The notes under the pieces: model-generated
What the model was told of the DNA's origin: nothing
The model's input: the letters and a program-made list of their open reading frames with translations, nothing else
Databases searched by the model: none
Assembly: GCF_018350175.1 (NCBI RefSeq)
Contig: NC_058368.1
Span: forward strand, 46,006,001 to 46,070,000
Reading direction: 5' to 3'
Source of the DNA: Felis catus
Taxonomy: Eukaryota
DNA length: 64,000 nt
In this document: in pieces, positions 11,031-24,989 of the stretch
Layout: every line of letters begins with the position of its first letter
Position numbering within the stretch: position 1 is the stretch's first letter
Made by a program: the position numbers and the translations under genes

Positions 11031-13988
11031 CCTGTTAGGGAAAGAGTACATTTCTCCAAATGTCTAGCAGGCAAGAGAAAGCCAGTTCTACGTGAAAGTT
11101 ACGGTATGACAGTGGGCAGATAGATCTCAGGACATAGGCAATAAAGATATATTTTGATTGGACTTTGGTCACCAAAGTCCAAGATGAACTTGATCTACAG
11201 AGATAAACCCTTGAAAATGTTTCAAGACCAAGTATTAATAAGAATATGTCAGGAAGACCCCAGTTGGACAAGTGAGAGGTGAAAGGTTATGAGGAGACAT
11301 GCACCTGAAGGAAATTGGCAATGTCACTCAACAGAACCTTTTTCCATATCAGAATTTATTCATAACGTATCTTGTATCTTGCTTTCATGTTTTTAATTTC
11401 AAATAAATAATTTGCAAAAATTTAGTTTGATGATGGTAGCCAAAATGTACTATATCTATTTCTTGAAGGAAAGAAAAGGAAATCGCAGTCATATTTCTTC
11501 TAATTCTAATATTTTAGATTTTTAATGTAGGCAAATTTTCATTTTAAAATGATCCTTTCTAATTGCCACATTAGAGACAAAAAACTTTAAAAGCTTGGTT
11601 TAAGACTCATTATATCTAGCTCCAGTAGTCCACTTAATCATCACAACATGGTTAGATATTCTTTTTCACATTACAATTGCTCCTAAGCATTGGTAGTTTT
11701 TCATTCATTGATGATGGAAAGACATCACACTCATTTCTAGCATGTGAGTTTTCATGGAATTGTTAGCACTACACATATTTTAATTAGGCATGTTTTCTCA
11801 TGGGAAAACATGACAGAGAAATGCAAAATACTCACAGAGTATATGGAGAATACACATGAAGGGTACAATATATAAATACAAAAAAGGGTTACAAGGGAGC
11901 AAAGGGATTTCTTAGTAATTGGTTTTCTAATAATCATAGAGGGAATTCTAGAGAAAAATGTATGAATTGCGTCATGAAGAAATGAATAGGCATGCTTTTC
12001 TAGGAATAGAGGCCATTAAGTTCTGGAAAATAACCATAGCTACTCAGTACTGTTGGTGGAATTTCAGATAAATGTTTGCCTCTCTGGATAAATGGTTTGC
12101 AGTGTAATAGGAGTTGATGGAGTTTGTTGTTGTTTTGTTGAAATCATACTTTCTTCCAGCCAAAGTTCTCCTATTTCCTGAAATCACTCAAAACAGTATC
12201 ATGCAAAAATTGTCAAACTCTCTCTTTATTAAAAATAAATTAATTGCTACATAATTTAAAAATAAAATCACTATATCTTATTAACATCAAGTTAGGTGAA
12301 GATTACAATCATCTGGGGGAGAATGCATTCACATTTCTGCTCATACTTTCTACTTGCTTTTTCAAATACCCCTTCTACTTGAGTTAATTACAACATAGTT
12401 TGTCCTAGTCTCTGTCTTACCAGATGCAGATCACATGTACTGTATTTAATATTTTTCCTTAAAAATTGTTTTTTCTTTACTGAATTATTATCCCTCCTTA
12501 TATCTTACAGGTAAGATTTAGTTATCTTTTAGATAATTAAATTATAATTTAAATGATTATTAGTGTTTTAATAAATTGGTTAACACAACTTTTATTATTT
12601 TTTATGATGCATATCTAAATTTAATTCAGATAAAAGATCCTTATAACATTCAATTTTATAAAAAATTATAACAAACAGATTTCTACATTGAGGCTCTTGA
12701 CTTCATTTATTACTATGTCATATGTTGTTTTATACCTTCATTAATTAATCATAGTATACAATACCTATAATTTATATTAGTGGAGAACAAAGTAGCAGCA
12801 AATTCAAAGATATATACCACTTTTAAAAATTTTGAACATTCCTAAGACTTTATTTGCTATCTATAAATATATCTGATTGTATAGTTTAGGCTGTTTCTCA
12901 GGAAATGACTGTTCTTCAGATAATGAACAATAATTTTCCTAATTGTCTCAAGAAGAGAAACTTCCCATACTCTATGGTTTTTATTCCTCTAACGAATAGT
13001 GTATAAATAGAGTGAGGAAATTCTATCAAGTAGGCTAGAATAAGCTACAGAGATCCCATTATTTCTTAATTACAGTCTCTCTGAAAAGTACAATGGAATG
13101 AGAAGGCCAGGGAAGAAAAATTAGAGCCGACATCATTTTTACATGGACTTCCTTCTCTCAGAAAAATGTAGCATCTGAGAATGATTTTAAGCCACAGAAG
13201 ATCAGAAAACTGGGCTATATAAGTTGTCCTTCCAGTTTGTAGAGAAGAGTGTACTATTTGGGGGATTCAGGTTAATAATGACAATGAAAATTTGTGTTAA
13301 CCTTAAATAAATAAGGAAATTAACTTGCATTCTTTGTGCAAAAACTTCAGCAATTTACAAAGATGTATTATGAAAGGAGATGCTGTCTAAATACATTATT
13401 TTCTTACATATTTATATGATATTTTCTCCTACAACCTTATAATTGATCTCCAACCCTATTCAGTAGCAACAATCTCCACAAAGAATTCCACAAAGGTAGA
13501 CTGGACTTATTTCTTCCCATGACAAACCACTTAAAAGGCATACATCTATATTTAAGAGTTATTTTCTATGTGAAGTAAATGCATATCTTCCTTTGCCTTC
13601 TACATATTTCTTCTACCTCCTGAAATCACAGCAAGTTTTAAGGCTTCTTCCATATTGTATATGTTTCAATATTGAAGACAATTATGATACCTGTTGCTTT
13701 CTAGGTGTAACATAGTCAATTCCTTTCACCAGTCCCCAAGTGATATATATTTTGGTGACCTATACCATTCATAAATAAACGTATAGTAAATAAATACTTG
13801 TTGCACAAACAAAGAATGAACCCCTATTCTGTGGGTTGGGGAGAAGGGAGAAGACAGGGAATCAGAAACACTACAAGTATTGCCAAACACCTTTAGCTTT
13901 GAAGAATACAGAACACAGATGTATACTCAGATCCTGCCCCTATACCATGCTGGCTTACCTCTCTATATAAACACAAGAAAGAATTTCA

Positions 13989-14209
13989 GGGGCACCTGGG
14001 TGGCTCAGTTGGTTGAGCATCCGACTTCAGCTCGGGTCATGATCTCACGGTCCCTGAGTTCGAGCCCCGCGTTGGGCTTTGTGTTGACAGCTCGGAGCCT
14101 GGAGCCTGTTTCAGATTCTGTGTCTCCCTCTCTTTCTCTCACCCTCCCCCGTTTATGCTCTGTCTCTCTCTGTCTCAAAAATAAATGAACACTAAAAAAA
14201 TTATTAAAA
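13989..14209 (+). mobile_element. Can-SINE (SINEC_Fc-like)
   Basis: Full head/CT/A tail; perfect TSD AAGAAAGAATTTCA (13975-13988, 14210-14223). Confidence 0.96.
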
Positions 14210-16937
14210 AAGAAAGAATTTCAAATACTGTTCATGTAAGAAGATAGGGAGTGAGTTCATGAGGAGTCTATTGAAGCACAGCAGTGATATCTTTTCTTTG
14301 CCCTATGAAGCTATGTTATGTTTATAGTCATTTAGATTTTTAAAAAGTCCTTTTTCATACACTATTTCATTCATAGTAGAAAGATTCTAGAGCATCAGCA
14401 TTTGATTCAGTCTTATTTTTTTAAGTATACACAGGTATATATATCTCTATAGCAGTATGCATATACTATATTAACAAAGAACGTATTCACTTTTTTTTTC
14501 AACAGCAGTGTGAATAATCATATGTATTGAGATCCAGATGGTAGTTTAGAGAATTATCTGTTACTGTATGTGATCTCATTTTTAGGCACTTTTTTAAAAG
14601 AAGGCATTGAAGCATGACACCCCCTTTTTCTGCCTTTGCTTTCTTTATGAGATATGTATGCAAAGAGTGCTTAACAGAGCAGTGGCTTGCTCACAGGGGA
14701 ATAGGGAGTTTAATGAATCATACATACTTTATTTGAAAAATATCAATAACCATTCACTGGTCTATTCTTGCATAAACTGAATAAAAATCCTCATGTAAAT
14801 GGTGCATAGCTTTTTTTATGAATCATGCTCTATTTTTTAGTACAATGCTAAATCATCTTAAAACGTGTAGTTTTACCTGCCAAGCCTAAGATAAATTTCC
14901 ATCAGTGATTAAAGACTAGTTCCATTCCCTATAATCCCTGTCAATTATATGAATAGGCAGTAATGGAACACTTTATTTTCTTTGGTTATTAAAACACAAA
15001 ATAGTAATGCAAATGCACTGTACAATGTCTCCTTACTAGATTGGCAGTGTAATTTATTTAATCAAAATCAGAAGTCAAAGACAGAGAAGTAGGAGTTAGT
15101 CTCTTAAAGTCTACATAGGACAAAATGTGTCCGGCTAAGAAATGCTCACAAAGGATCAGAATGCAAATTGTAAGTCATTCAGAGATCTCTCATCATAACA
15201 GTTGCACGTAATTTCTAGTGACTAACATTTCAATTTCATTTCTAAGGCTACAACTTTTTAATTTCTCCTTCAACATAGATCATTCACATTCATTCTGAAA
15301 AGAAAGTGGACCCTTAATCTATGGCTGTAAAGGCAACATTCATTTCAAAAGTTTTAAGTCACAAAGAATAGAAATGTGTCAGATTTGAATTCATGGTAAA
15401 AATGGAGTAAAATGAATATAGCAGCATCATAAATAGAAGAAGAAATGGAGCCCCTCCCTTTTGAATAGGGCTATGAGGAAGAAGTCGGTGAATCAGGTTT
15501 TGATAAAGAAGTATAATGTTGCTGGCATTATCTCCATGATACTCATGACCAGTGCTTTGAGTGAAAATTTAATAAAATTAACACTACTTTCTTGATTTAT
15601 TTTTTTTCTTTTCTTCTTAATCTTCCCTTCAAGATTAAACTCATCAGCACTTGACAAAAACTGCAAATAACAGCCAGATGCAGGAGTTGGTTTTATCTTT
15701 TTATGCAAGTATGTGGTGCTAATTAGTGCAAATTGATTAAACTTTAATTGCCTGATCCATGGCTAATTAATATTTATAAGATGAATGAGCAGGAAAACCA
15801 GACATTTATTAAAACACTTTAATGATTTTTCATATGTTTTGACAAAGCAAAGCAAATAGATGTTATGAGTATGGATGTGCTAGACTAAGGGACTGTATCT
15901 GTTGCCTCCTACCTGTGAATGCCCTGAAAATGTACATTAACTTTTAAACACATAGGTTGTAAACTTATTTTTCTTTAGGTGTTTTTCAAATTATTTTCAA
16001 AGGTTGTTATTAGGTCAGCTCATCATATATGACATCAAGTATTACAGTGATAAATATTACTAACCCATGTAAATTTATATATTTTACTCTTAGTACATAT
16101 TATGTAATAAAAATCCCCTAATGCAGTATAAAAATGTAGGCAATGAAATATATGTCAGTATTTCTGAGTTTTTAAAATTTTAATAATTTGCAAAAATAAT
16201 TAGATATCAACTAGGAATACTGATTATTTGAATTTTTCAAATTAGATAGACCTGGTATGTTTCTACTTAATCATCCTGATGGCTAAAGTCAAAATCCAGG
16301 ATTTATTCCTAGCTTTGAAACCTAATTTTACACAGCAATATTTACATATTAAATGTATATTATTTCAAAGTAGAATATAAATACTTATTTCTAAAATATT
16401 TTATTTCTATGTAGGACTCCTAAAAGAGCTTATATAATAATTTATCACAATAGAGGCTTATTCTACAGCGTAGATATTTTGGTTGTTGTTTTGATAATAT
16501 TTTGCAACTAATTCACACAACTCATGTTTTTAGTGAAAAGCTTTTTCCAAAGAAAAATATTTTGAAAAACTGATACAATTCTATATGTTCATTTACTATA
16601 TCCTACATTTAAATTCTATGTTTAATTCTCTAGCACACCAAACCAGACAATAGTTCACATTTTCTTGCATATGTATCTCTACACATTAAATAATTCTTAT
16701 GAACTCAAATGTTTGGTAAAATGATATTTACTGTAGTCTTAGCAAAAACAATTCAATGATTTTCTAAGTTAAATAGTTTTAAAATACTAAGTATTTTTAT
16801 ATGTCATAGCAATGACATAATTGTTACTTATTTTAAAATTAAGGTATAATCAATTGTAATCTAAAAGTTAGCCCCCTCCTTGTTTTTAGTTCCCCTATCC
16901 TAAAGTATTGCAGATTGTTTTAAAGTTATATTCCCAA

Positions 16938-17220
16938 TTATGATGGTATTTTGATGTATTAACTTGGCAAGTCTACATTACACAGTACCTCAATTAAATT
17001 CTATTCTACGTGTTGCTGTGAAGGTATTTTGTGGATGTGGTTAAAGGTGATAATCAGCTGATTAGCAATAAATTATACTCATAATTGCAAAGGAGATTGT
17101 CATGTAATCTGGGTGGACCTTATGCAATCAGTTGAATAGCTTAAAGAACACAGTTTAGTCTTGCAGGCTGAAGAAATTCCAGCAACTTCAAGTCCTATCT
17201 GAGAATTCTAACCAGCCTTT
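16938..17220 (+). mobile_element. ERVL MLT2-type LTR fragment
   Basis: TGTTGCTGTGAAGGTATTTTGTGGATGTGGTTAA…AATCTGGGTGGACCTTATGCAATCAGTTGAA is typical of MLT2 5' halves. Confidence 0.7.
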
Positions 17221-17264
17221 CTTTCTTTTTTATGTCCAAAAATTTCCAAATTTACTTAATTTTT

Positions 17265-18151
17265 CCCCTATGTTCATCTGCTTCATTTAGTAAATTCCAC
17301 ATAAGAGTGAAATAATGTGGTATTTGTCTTTCTCTGACTGACTTATTTCATTTAGCATAATATTCTCTAGCTCCACTCATGTCATTGCAAATAGCAAGAT
17401 TTCATTCTTCTTTTCTGGCTGAGTAGTATTCCACTGGATATATACATACCACCTCTTCTTTTTCATTCATCGGTTGAGGGACATTTGGGCTCTTTGTGGA
17501 TTTTGGCTATTGTTGATAATTCTGCTATATATATCGGGGTCCATGTGTTCCTTTGAATCAGTATTTGTGTGTGATGTGGGTAAACATCTAGTAGTGCAAT
17601 TGCTGGCCTGTAGGGTAGTTCTATATTTAACTTTCTGAAGAACATTCATACTGTTTTCCGGAGTGGCATTCCCACCAACAGTGTAAGAGAGGTCCCCTTT
17701 CTCCGCATCTTTGCCAACATCTGTTGTTTTCCTGTTGTTAATTTTAGCCATTCTGATAGGTGTGAGGTGATAATTTCATTGTAGGTTTTGTATTTCCCCG
17801 ATGATGAGTGTTGTTGAGCTTATCTTAGTGTGTCTGTGGGCCATATGGATGTCTTCTTTGGAAAAATGTCTATTCATATCTTCTGCTCATTTCTTCACTG
17901 AATTATTTGTATTTTGGGTGTTGAATTTGATAGGTTCTTTATAGATTTTGGATACAAACCCTTTACCAGATAAGTCAATTTCTGAACTTCTCCCATCCTT
18001 CCATTCCAAAGGTTGTCTTTTAGTTTTGTTGATTGTTTTCTTTACTGTGCAGAAACCTTGTATTTTGTTGAAGTCCCAATAGTTCATTTGCACTTCCATT
18101 TCCCTTGCCTCCAGAGATGTATCTAGTAAGAAGTTGTTATGGTTGATGTCC
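17265..18151 (-). mobile_element. L1 fragment (ORF2 C-terminus, start of 3' UTR)
   Basis: Minus-strand translations KEPKCPSTDE, FCTVKKTINKTKRQPLEWK. Confidence 0.93.
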
Positions 18152-18154
18152 ATC

Positions 18155-18660
18155 AAGATGGAAAATACTGAAGATCAGGCAACTTTATAGGAAAAAGGTA
18201 AGTTTGCTTCTGAAAATTTTAAATTTGACCTGCCTAGAGATTTTTAGCCTGATATTTCTTAAAAATTTTTTAAATGATTATTTATTTTTGAGAGAGAGAC
18301 AGATACAGAGACAGAGACGACAGAAAGACAGACAGCAGGAGCAGGGGAGGGGCAGAGAAACAGAGAGACACAGAATCCGAAGCAGGCTCCAGGCTCTGAC
18401 CTGTCAGCACAGAGTCTGATGCTGCGCTTGAACTCACGAGGCGTGAGATCATGACCAGAGCCAAAGTTGGACTCTCAACCAAGTGATCCACCCAGGTGAC
18501 CCTCAACCAGATATTTCTAAAATAAAGTTCAGGAGCTCAAAAATAAGAGTTGTATTGGCACATAAACTTGAGGAACATAATGTTACGGATGGTAGCTTAA
18601 GATATGGCCATGACTATGATTCCCGTGGGGTAAGTATGTGTTAGGAAAATAAACAGACAG
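18155..18660 (-). mobile_element. L2 fragment interrupted by a SINE
   Basis: Purine-rich antisense-L2-like AAGTTCAGGAGCTC…CATAAACTTGAGGAACAT…GGATGGTAGCTTAAG. Confidence 0.45.
18260..18502 (-). mobile_element. Can-SINE
   Basis: CCACCCAGGTGACCC end; TSD core GATATTTCT on both sides. Confidence 0.93.
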
Positions 18661-19050
18661 AAGAATTCAAGATACCAGACCAGGTAAGACAATTCTTTTT
18701 TATCTGTTCAATAATTCTTCTACTACTTAGTTAATAAATTCACTCCTTTATTCAAACTAATATTTAGCATCTAACACATGCTAAGCTATGTGCTACACAC
18801 CAAGTATAAGAGAGGAAAAATCTGCACATTTGATGCACTCATGGAAATTTTTCCTACATACATGAAAAAAAATCAACCTCTGAATGAAGAAAATAGAAAA
18901 TTTTTATTTGTGAGTATTGTGAAAGCAGAATATTACTGTGGCCAGTTTTGAAAAACATTAACTTTATAGGACTAACTTTCATTTCCTACTCTAAGTAGAA
19001 GTAGCCTTTTACAAAAGGGTTTAACTTCCCTCCTTATGCGATAACAGAAA

Positions 19051-19057
<7 letters not shown>

Positions 19058-19099
<42 letters not shown>
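19058..19099. repeat. (CA)n microsatellite
   Basis: Direct reading. Confidence 0.97.
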
Positions 19100-19103
<4 letters not shown>

Positions 19104-19160
19104 ATCCTCAAAGATCGTCTTCGTTAAAGACACTAAACTTGTAGCCTAGACTCAGAACTT

Positions 19161-19218
19161 TTTTTAAGTTTATTTATTTATTTTGAGAGACAGAGAGAAC
19201 AACCATGAGCAGGGGAGG

Positions 19219-19260
<42 letters not shown>

Positions 19261-19394
19261 AAACAAACCCAAGAAGGGTCCAAGCTGTCAGCACATGGAG
19301 CTGACCCAGGACTCAATCTCATGAAGCATGAAATCATGACCTGAGCTGATATCAAAAGTTGGACGTTTAACTGACTGAATCACCCAGGCATCCC
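19161..19394 (-). mobile_element. Can-SINE
   Basis: TSD CTCAGAACTTTT (19151-19162, 19394-19405); (GA)n tract. Confidence 0.95.
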
Positions 19395-19459
19395 TCAGAA
19401 CTTTTCATAACCAGTAATAATAAGATTTCTATCTATGGTAAGTTGTTATATTAATGGCT

Positions 19460-19795
19460 TCCAGTGTATTGTGTGTAGATTTCACCCACATTGATTCTGG
19501 GCTTGGGCATGTAACTTGCTTTGATCAATGAGGTATTACAGCTGTGATACAATCAGAGACCTGACAAGTACTTGTGTAGTGGGCCTTGTGTCCTCGTCTT
19601 CCTGCTGGGACCTCTTCCGTCATAATTAATAAAAAGGGGGGGTGCTATGTCAGAAGATGGAAGAGGATATATAGAAACATATCCAAGGGATCTTCTCCAA
19701 GCTAGCAGAGGTCCACTGGATCGTGAGCTGACCTGTTGGTGACCCACAGGATCATGAGCAAATAAGTCATCGTTGCTTCAAGCTGCTAAGTTAAT
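19460..19795 (+). mobile_element. MaLR MLT1-type LTR
   Basis: GGGCTTGGGCATGTAACTTGCTTTGATCAATG and CATGAGCAAATAAG…TTCAAGCTGCTAAGTT hallmarks. Confidence 0.7.
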
Positions 19796-21834
19796 ATTTT
19801 ACACTGGAGAAGATCAGACCCCATACTGTGTGACAAAAGCAACATGCAATGCACACAAGAGGATTCCTTTGCTAGTTAACCCATATTTTGGGGGTGTTTC
19901 TTGTCTTGAGGGGTGCTAGGAAATAGCAGTTGAAAATGATTTCAAAACTACTAGAAGAATTCAGGTTATTTCCCTGATCAATCATTAGGGATATTGACAT
20001 TAGAAGCTTTTATCCCAGGAGTCAGTTATGACTTCTTGCTTTTCACAGATTTAGGCTAGCTTTGATAAACTTCAAGTTTAAAGTCTGGGCGAATCCAGAG
20101 CCAATAATACCAGTTTGAAAATTTCATGCAGTTTGTACTTTCAGTGTGCTCCTTGAGATCTCCTCATTGTCCATATGTGCCACCTTAGCTTGCCTCCATC
20201 TAGATGCAAAATCCAGTCCTTTTCTTTTTTATCTGCACAAAGTCCATGTATTCCAATAATTTTCTGGTTTTAATATATTTAATAAATATCTAGTGATAAC
20301 AGGTAAGGATTATACTTAAAGGAATAAAATCTTTATTTTATCAAGAATCAAGTCGGTTCCACTACCTCATTGCATGTTTCCCCTCTTTTTCCCATTCTTT
20401 CTCTCTTTCTTCCTGGCAAGTGACAAACACCTCTCTTACTCTAATCCCCAAGGATCTCTCTTTCAATTGCCAAACACTTATAATCCTTTTATAAATATAT
20501 TATCTTTATACAAGAAATCCAGTGACAGTTATTATTATGAACATTTTCTCTCTTATTTCATAAGCCCAGAAACTAGCTTGAAACTCTCCTTGCCACCTCA
20601 AACTAAAAATAGCTTTAGCTAGAGAAAGTTATCTAGCAAAGGAAAATAAATAAAGAGACTTAGGCTGGGGTAAAGGCATGAATCCCAGGGGCCAGAGTCA
20701 TAGATGCTAAAAGAAAAAAAAAATGGAAAAAAAGAGCAATCTGTGTTTATCACCCTCCTAGATATGAGCTACTTAAGTGTATGAATATGGGTCTGCACTA
20801 GATAAAAATAAAGTAGAATTCTGTCAACTCAGAAGCCTTTTTTGGCTCTATTTTTCTGGTTCATTTGTAGAAATCCCTAATCCTTCTATGTGTTTTTATT
20901 GGGACAATCAAGGCAAACAACATAGGTATGAATAATCCAGACTAGGCCAATCAGAGATTTCCCTGAGATAAGATATCCAGGCTGAGCTGACCAGATCTCC
21001 CTGTAACACTTCTCTAAAGCTAGCAAGTAAGACTGTCTCTTAATTTTAGAATATGAACCTACATCTGTAGCCTTGGGCTCTGGAGCCATCATTCACATTC
21101 CATAGAGATACTTAACTATGGCAAGGAAGAATGAAGCCAGCATGCACAAAGAAGGAGAAATAAGGAAAAAAACGGAAATTTACGACAGTGATAGATAAGG
21201 CATGTGTGTGTTGGGGCAGCAGGGGGGTCATTATTTGCATATCTGGACTTCCCAAGTATGTGATCCAATGAAATGTGTCTTTTGTAAAGATTAGAATGAG
21301 TCTGGTTCTATAACGTACTAACAAAGGAGTACTGACTCTTTTAGCCATAAACAGTTCATTTTAATGAACTGAATCACAGAAAGAGTCTCTGGGCAAGGAA
21401 AAATAAATACAAAATGTATTCCTTCTGAGTGCAGTACCTAAGAAGTGGGTTCCAAGTATATACGGAGCATTCCAATCCTAGAAGACATGACCTGATGACT
21501 TATGTAACACTAGTAGTTTGTAAATTCATATACACCTCAAGCCGGAATTTGCGTACCTTGGTGTTGCTTCCAATTCACACAGTATCAGGTAGGTTCACCT
21601 TCAATTAGAATTACAGTTTTCCATCAGGTTTTCTAAGAACAAATTTAGGAAACGAAGCTGTGGCATCAGGCTTGGGTTAATTCATATTTGAATGAAAAGT
21701 AAGAGCAATAACTTTGATAGTTTTAAAAATCAGTATGTCTCTCTATTGATCCCTATCTGCAACTCATTTTTTCTTATTTTATGACACCTTATTTTCCTGT
21801 ATCGACTGTCGACATTTACAGAAATAACCATGTA

Positions 21835-22215
21835 AAATAGTCAGCATTTGCCGCACCAACAAACAACCCCAATTTTTCAGTGGCTTATGACAGCTAACAT
21901 TTGTTTCTTGCTCATGTCACACTAGAGCCGTGCTTTTTAGGAGGCTGGATCACTGCTGTTGTATTTGGCTGGGCTCCACCAAGCTTGACTGGACTTGGCT
22001 GGATGTGGCTGTACTCTCCTGAGCTCTCCTGGTCTTGGTTTCGCTTCATGTCTGGTCACGTTCCATTAGCCAAGACAATTCAGATGACCAAGCCCAATGC
22101 CAGTGAGGTAGCATTCTGTGCCTAGAGGTAAGGCACTGCAAAGTTCCATGGCAAAGAGTGTGAGTTCACTTCCAAAGAGGAAGAGAAACAATTGGAACAA
22201 TAATCTAATTAATGA
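21835..22215 (-). mobile_element. MaLR MLT1-type LTR (antisense)
   Basis: AACAAACAACCCCAATTTTTCAGTGGCTTA…CACGTTCCATTAGCCAAGACAATTCAGATGACCAAGCCCAA. Confidence 0.7.
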
Positions 22216-24250
22216 CATAACTGAAAGTTTTCAGGAACTGACATTTTGCATCCACTTTTACAGACCTAAGGGATATCAAGAGTTGGTAACTAGAGTTCTA
22301 AACACATTTTTGATACATATGGATAGAGCAAATGAATAGGGAGGTACCAAGGAAATATGAAATAGCCATCTCATTTCAACTGGAATATGACCCCATGTTC
22401 TCCAAGGGTCCAGGATATTCCAGATTAGTCACTGAGAGGAAATCTTTAACTGTATTAATTTACCCATGTTTATAATCCTACACATGCTTATAATCTGTCT
22501 TTCCCCTTACACTCTTCAGTGTCTTAAACAAATCACTCTGCTCCCCTGCTATTCACTTAACACAACTGTCAAGTTCAGTACAGCAGTGAATTGTAAGCAT
22601 AGTAAAATAAACATTTAGGAAAGCAGACATTTTAAAGTAGACAAGTTGCCCTCTGTGGAATCAGAACAGCCATTTTTTGTTTTACTCAATTTTTTTAAGT
22701 GTGTTAAAATTATTTGGAAAGAACATCAAGAATATTTCAAAATTTTCACTTTTGAAAAAAAGCAAAAGTTCCTTTTAGGGATTTGAATAATTTTGAGCCT
22801 TATACAAAGAGTATTACTCACTAAATTTTCTTTTCTTCTTCTAAACTCAGATTTACTTTTAAGTACCTGTAGGAAATGTCAAAATAGTCTTCAAGTTCGC
22901 TCAGATGAAACATGCAAATAAAGCCTTCCTTTTCTCTCCTGATCTTATATCCCAGCCCTACTTTATTCTTCTCTTTTCCATCATTGACTCCAACTTCAAT
23001 GGAGAAGTTCATGGAGGATCAAACAATCCAGCTGTTGTTTTCAACTTTTGCTATTTTAATGTTTATTTTCCAAATCGTTCCCTATTTTTCTACTAAAAAT
23101 ATACTGCCAAATCATTATTTTTTTTGGAGCAACTCTAATGCTTTCTGTTGCTAGATATCTGATCCAAATTCAATATTTTTCTTGGCAGTTGGTGAACATA
23201 ATAATAAGAGATTTTTTTTCTTTCTACACTTAGAACTGGAGAAAAAAGACACAATTCAAAATTAAAACAAATTTGAATATTGAGGTAAATTCTCATCCTA
23301 ACAGGAAAGCACAAACATTGCTCAAAGAGAGAACATGCTCAATGGAATTTCTATGCTCTTGATGTGTATTTGCCCTTAGTTTTCTAATTCTTAATGCATA
23401 TTTTTGAATATATATTGTGAGTATAACATAGGTAATGATATGCTTTCTATAGCTTTTTTCCTTTATTTTTAAGATAGTATGCACATAGAAAACAAAAAGT
23501 TGAGAAGAGATAATGATGAAAAGCAAAAGAAAATTTTTTGTTCCATTCTGTCATTTCAATCCTTAAACCCATTCTTAATGACTTCTAGTTTTATTGTTTT
23601 TCATGATTTTCATCATAATATATACAATATTCTTATCTATTTATTAATTGATTTATCAACTTCATATCATATTTATGGCTTAAACAAGGGAAGATTTAGA
23701 TCACTTAAACTATCCTCACCATCTTCTTCTAATTTCTAATAGAACTATTATTTTTTTTTATTTTTCTGAAATGTTGACTTTTTAAGACTTAAAAAAATAT
23801 TTTTGTTCCTTCCAAAATAAAATCTCTTATCTCACTCAAGTTAAATATCTTCAGGATGGTTATAATCCTACCTGTCCTTCAATCTTTTCTTTCTTCTTCA
23901 TTTTCCAACTCCTATTCACTAGCCATTTACATCTACATTTTCAAGACTGGTATTTTCAAATTATTTTTTATCCATAATCAACTATCAAGCTTTGTTTATA
24001 ACAGTATGCCTAAAAAGGAAACATAAAATAATCTTATTTTTAAAGACTCTATTAGTTTCATTTTCAATGAACATGCCAATATACTGACATTCAACACTTG
24101 GGCATTTTTTCAGTTGAAGTATCTCTGCATTTAAAGCAACAGCTCTCATTGTTAACTACTAAAAACTCAAGAAGACAGAAAATACAGGACAATATTTTTG
24201 TCTGTAATTTTATTTTGAGATTAACTATATTGTCATTTCTTCACACTGTT

Positions 24251-24400
24251 TTGTTATTGTTGTTGTTGTTGTTGTCATTTTAAGTAGGCTCCATGGTGAG
24301 TGTGGAGCCCAATGTGGGGCCTGAACTCAGGACACTGAGATCAAGACCTGAGCTGAGATCAAGGGCCAGGCACTCAACCAATGAGCCACCCAGGTGCCCC
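24251..24400 (-). mobile_element. Short Can-SINE lacking CT tract, with (TTG)n-converted tail
   Basis: GAGCCACCCAGGTGCCCC end; TSD core CACTGTTTT on both sides. Confidence 0.9.
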
Positions 24401-24989
24401 TTGTCACTGTTTTAAACATAAAGCTACTTCACCTGAAAATTTTAGATGAAGTTGTTATTTTGGAGCCCAGTACTCATTAGCTGCTTTAAATCACAACCCC
24501 CGAAAATTAATGAATAGTTTTAGAGAAGAACCTCCGAAACAAGCCAATAAAACATAAAGCCGTATTGCAAAATTAAGTTAGTTGAAATTGATAGAAAAAA
24601 ATATCGTATTTTCTACATGAATTTGGTGATTAATGTTTATGACAGATAATCTGACATTCCAAAATGTAGTTTTCTGCCAAATTGGAAAGTTATATTTGAC
24701 TCAAATATATATTCAAAGTTATATTTGATAACCCCAAATATAAATTGATTCTCCATATCAAAATACATTTCTGATAAGGAATACAAATATATAAGTAAAA
24801 TATTAGAGAAAGAAATAATGTTTAGATTAACATATGAATTTTAGGCATTTATTTAGAACAGGAGAAGAGACAAATCTCTAAAGAAATTAAAAAGCAAAGA
24901 CTTATTATTGGAAGTAAATGTTAAATAGTTATTTTAGCCACAAGTATGTATGATATGCAAGTAGTAATAAGACTCTTAAACCAGAGATT

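Noticed and set aside
11040..11410. Segment that looks like an old interspersed repeat after the MaLR element
   Set aside because: I could not assign a family or find terminal repeats; needs a Dfam search
21352..21371. Short palindromes (CAGTTCATT-TT-AATGAACTG; also ATTAAAGC-TC-GCTTTAAT at ~48823-48840)
   Set aside because: Isolated 8-9-bp arms are expected by chance in 64 kb of AT-rich DNA
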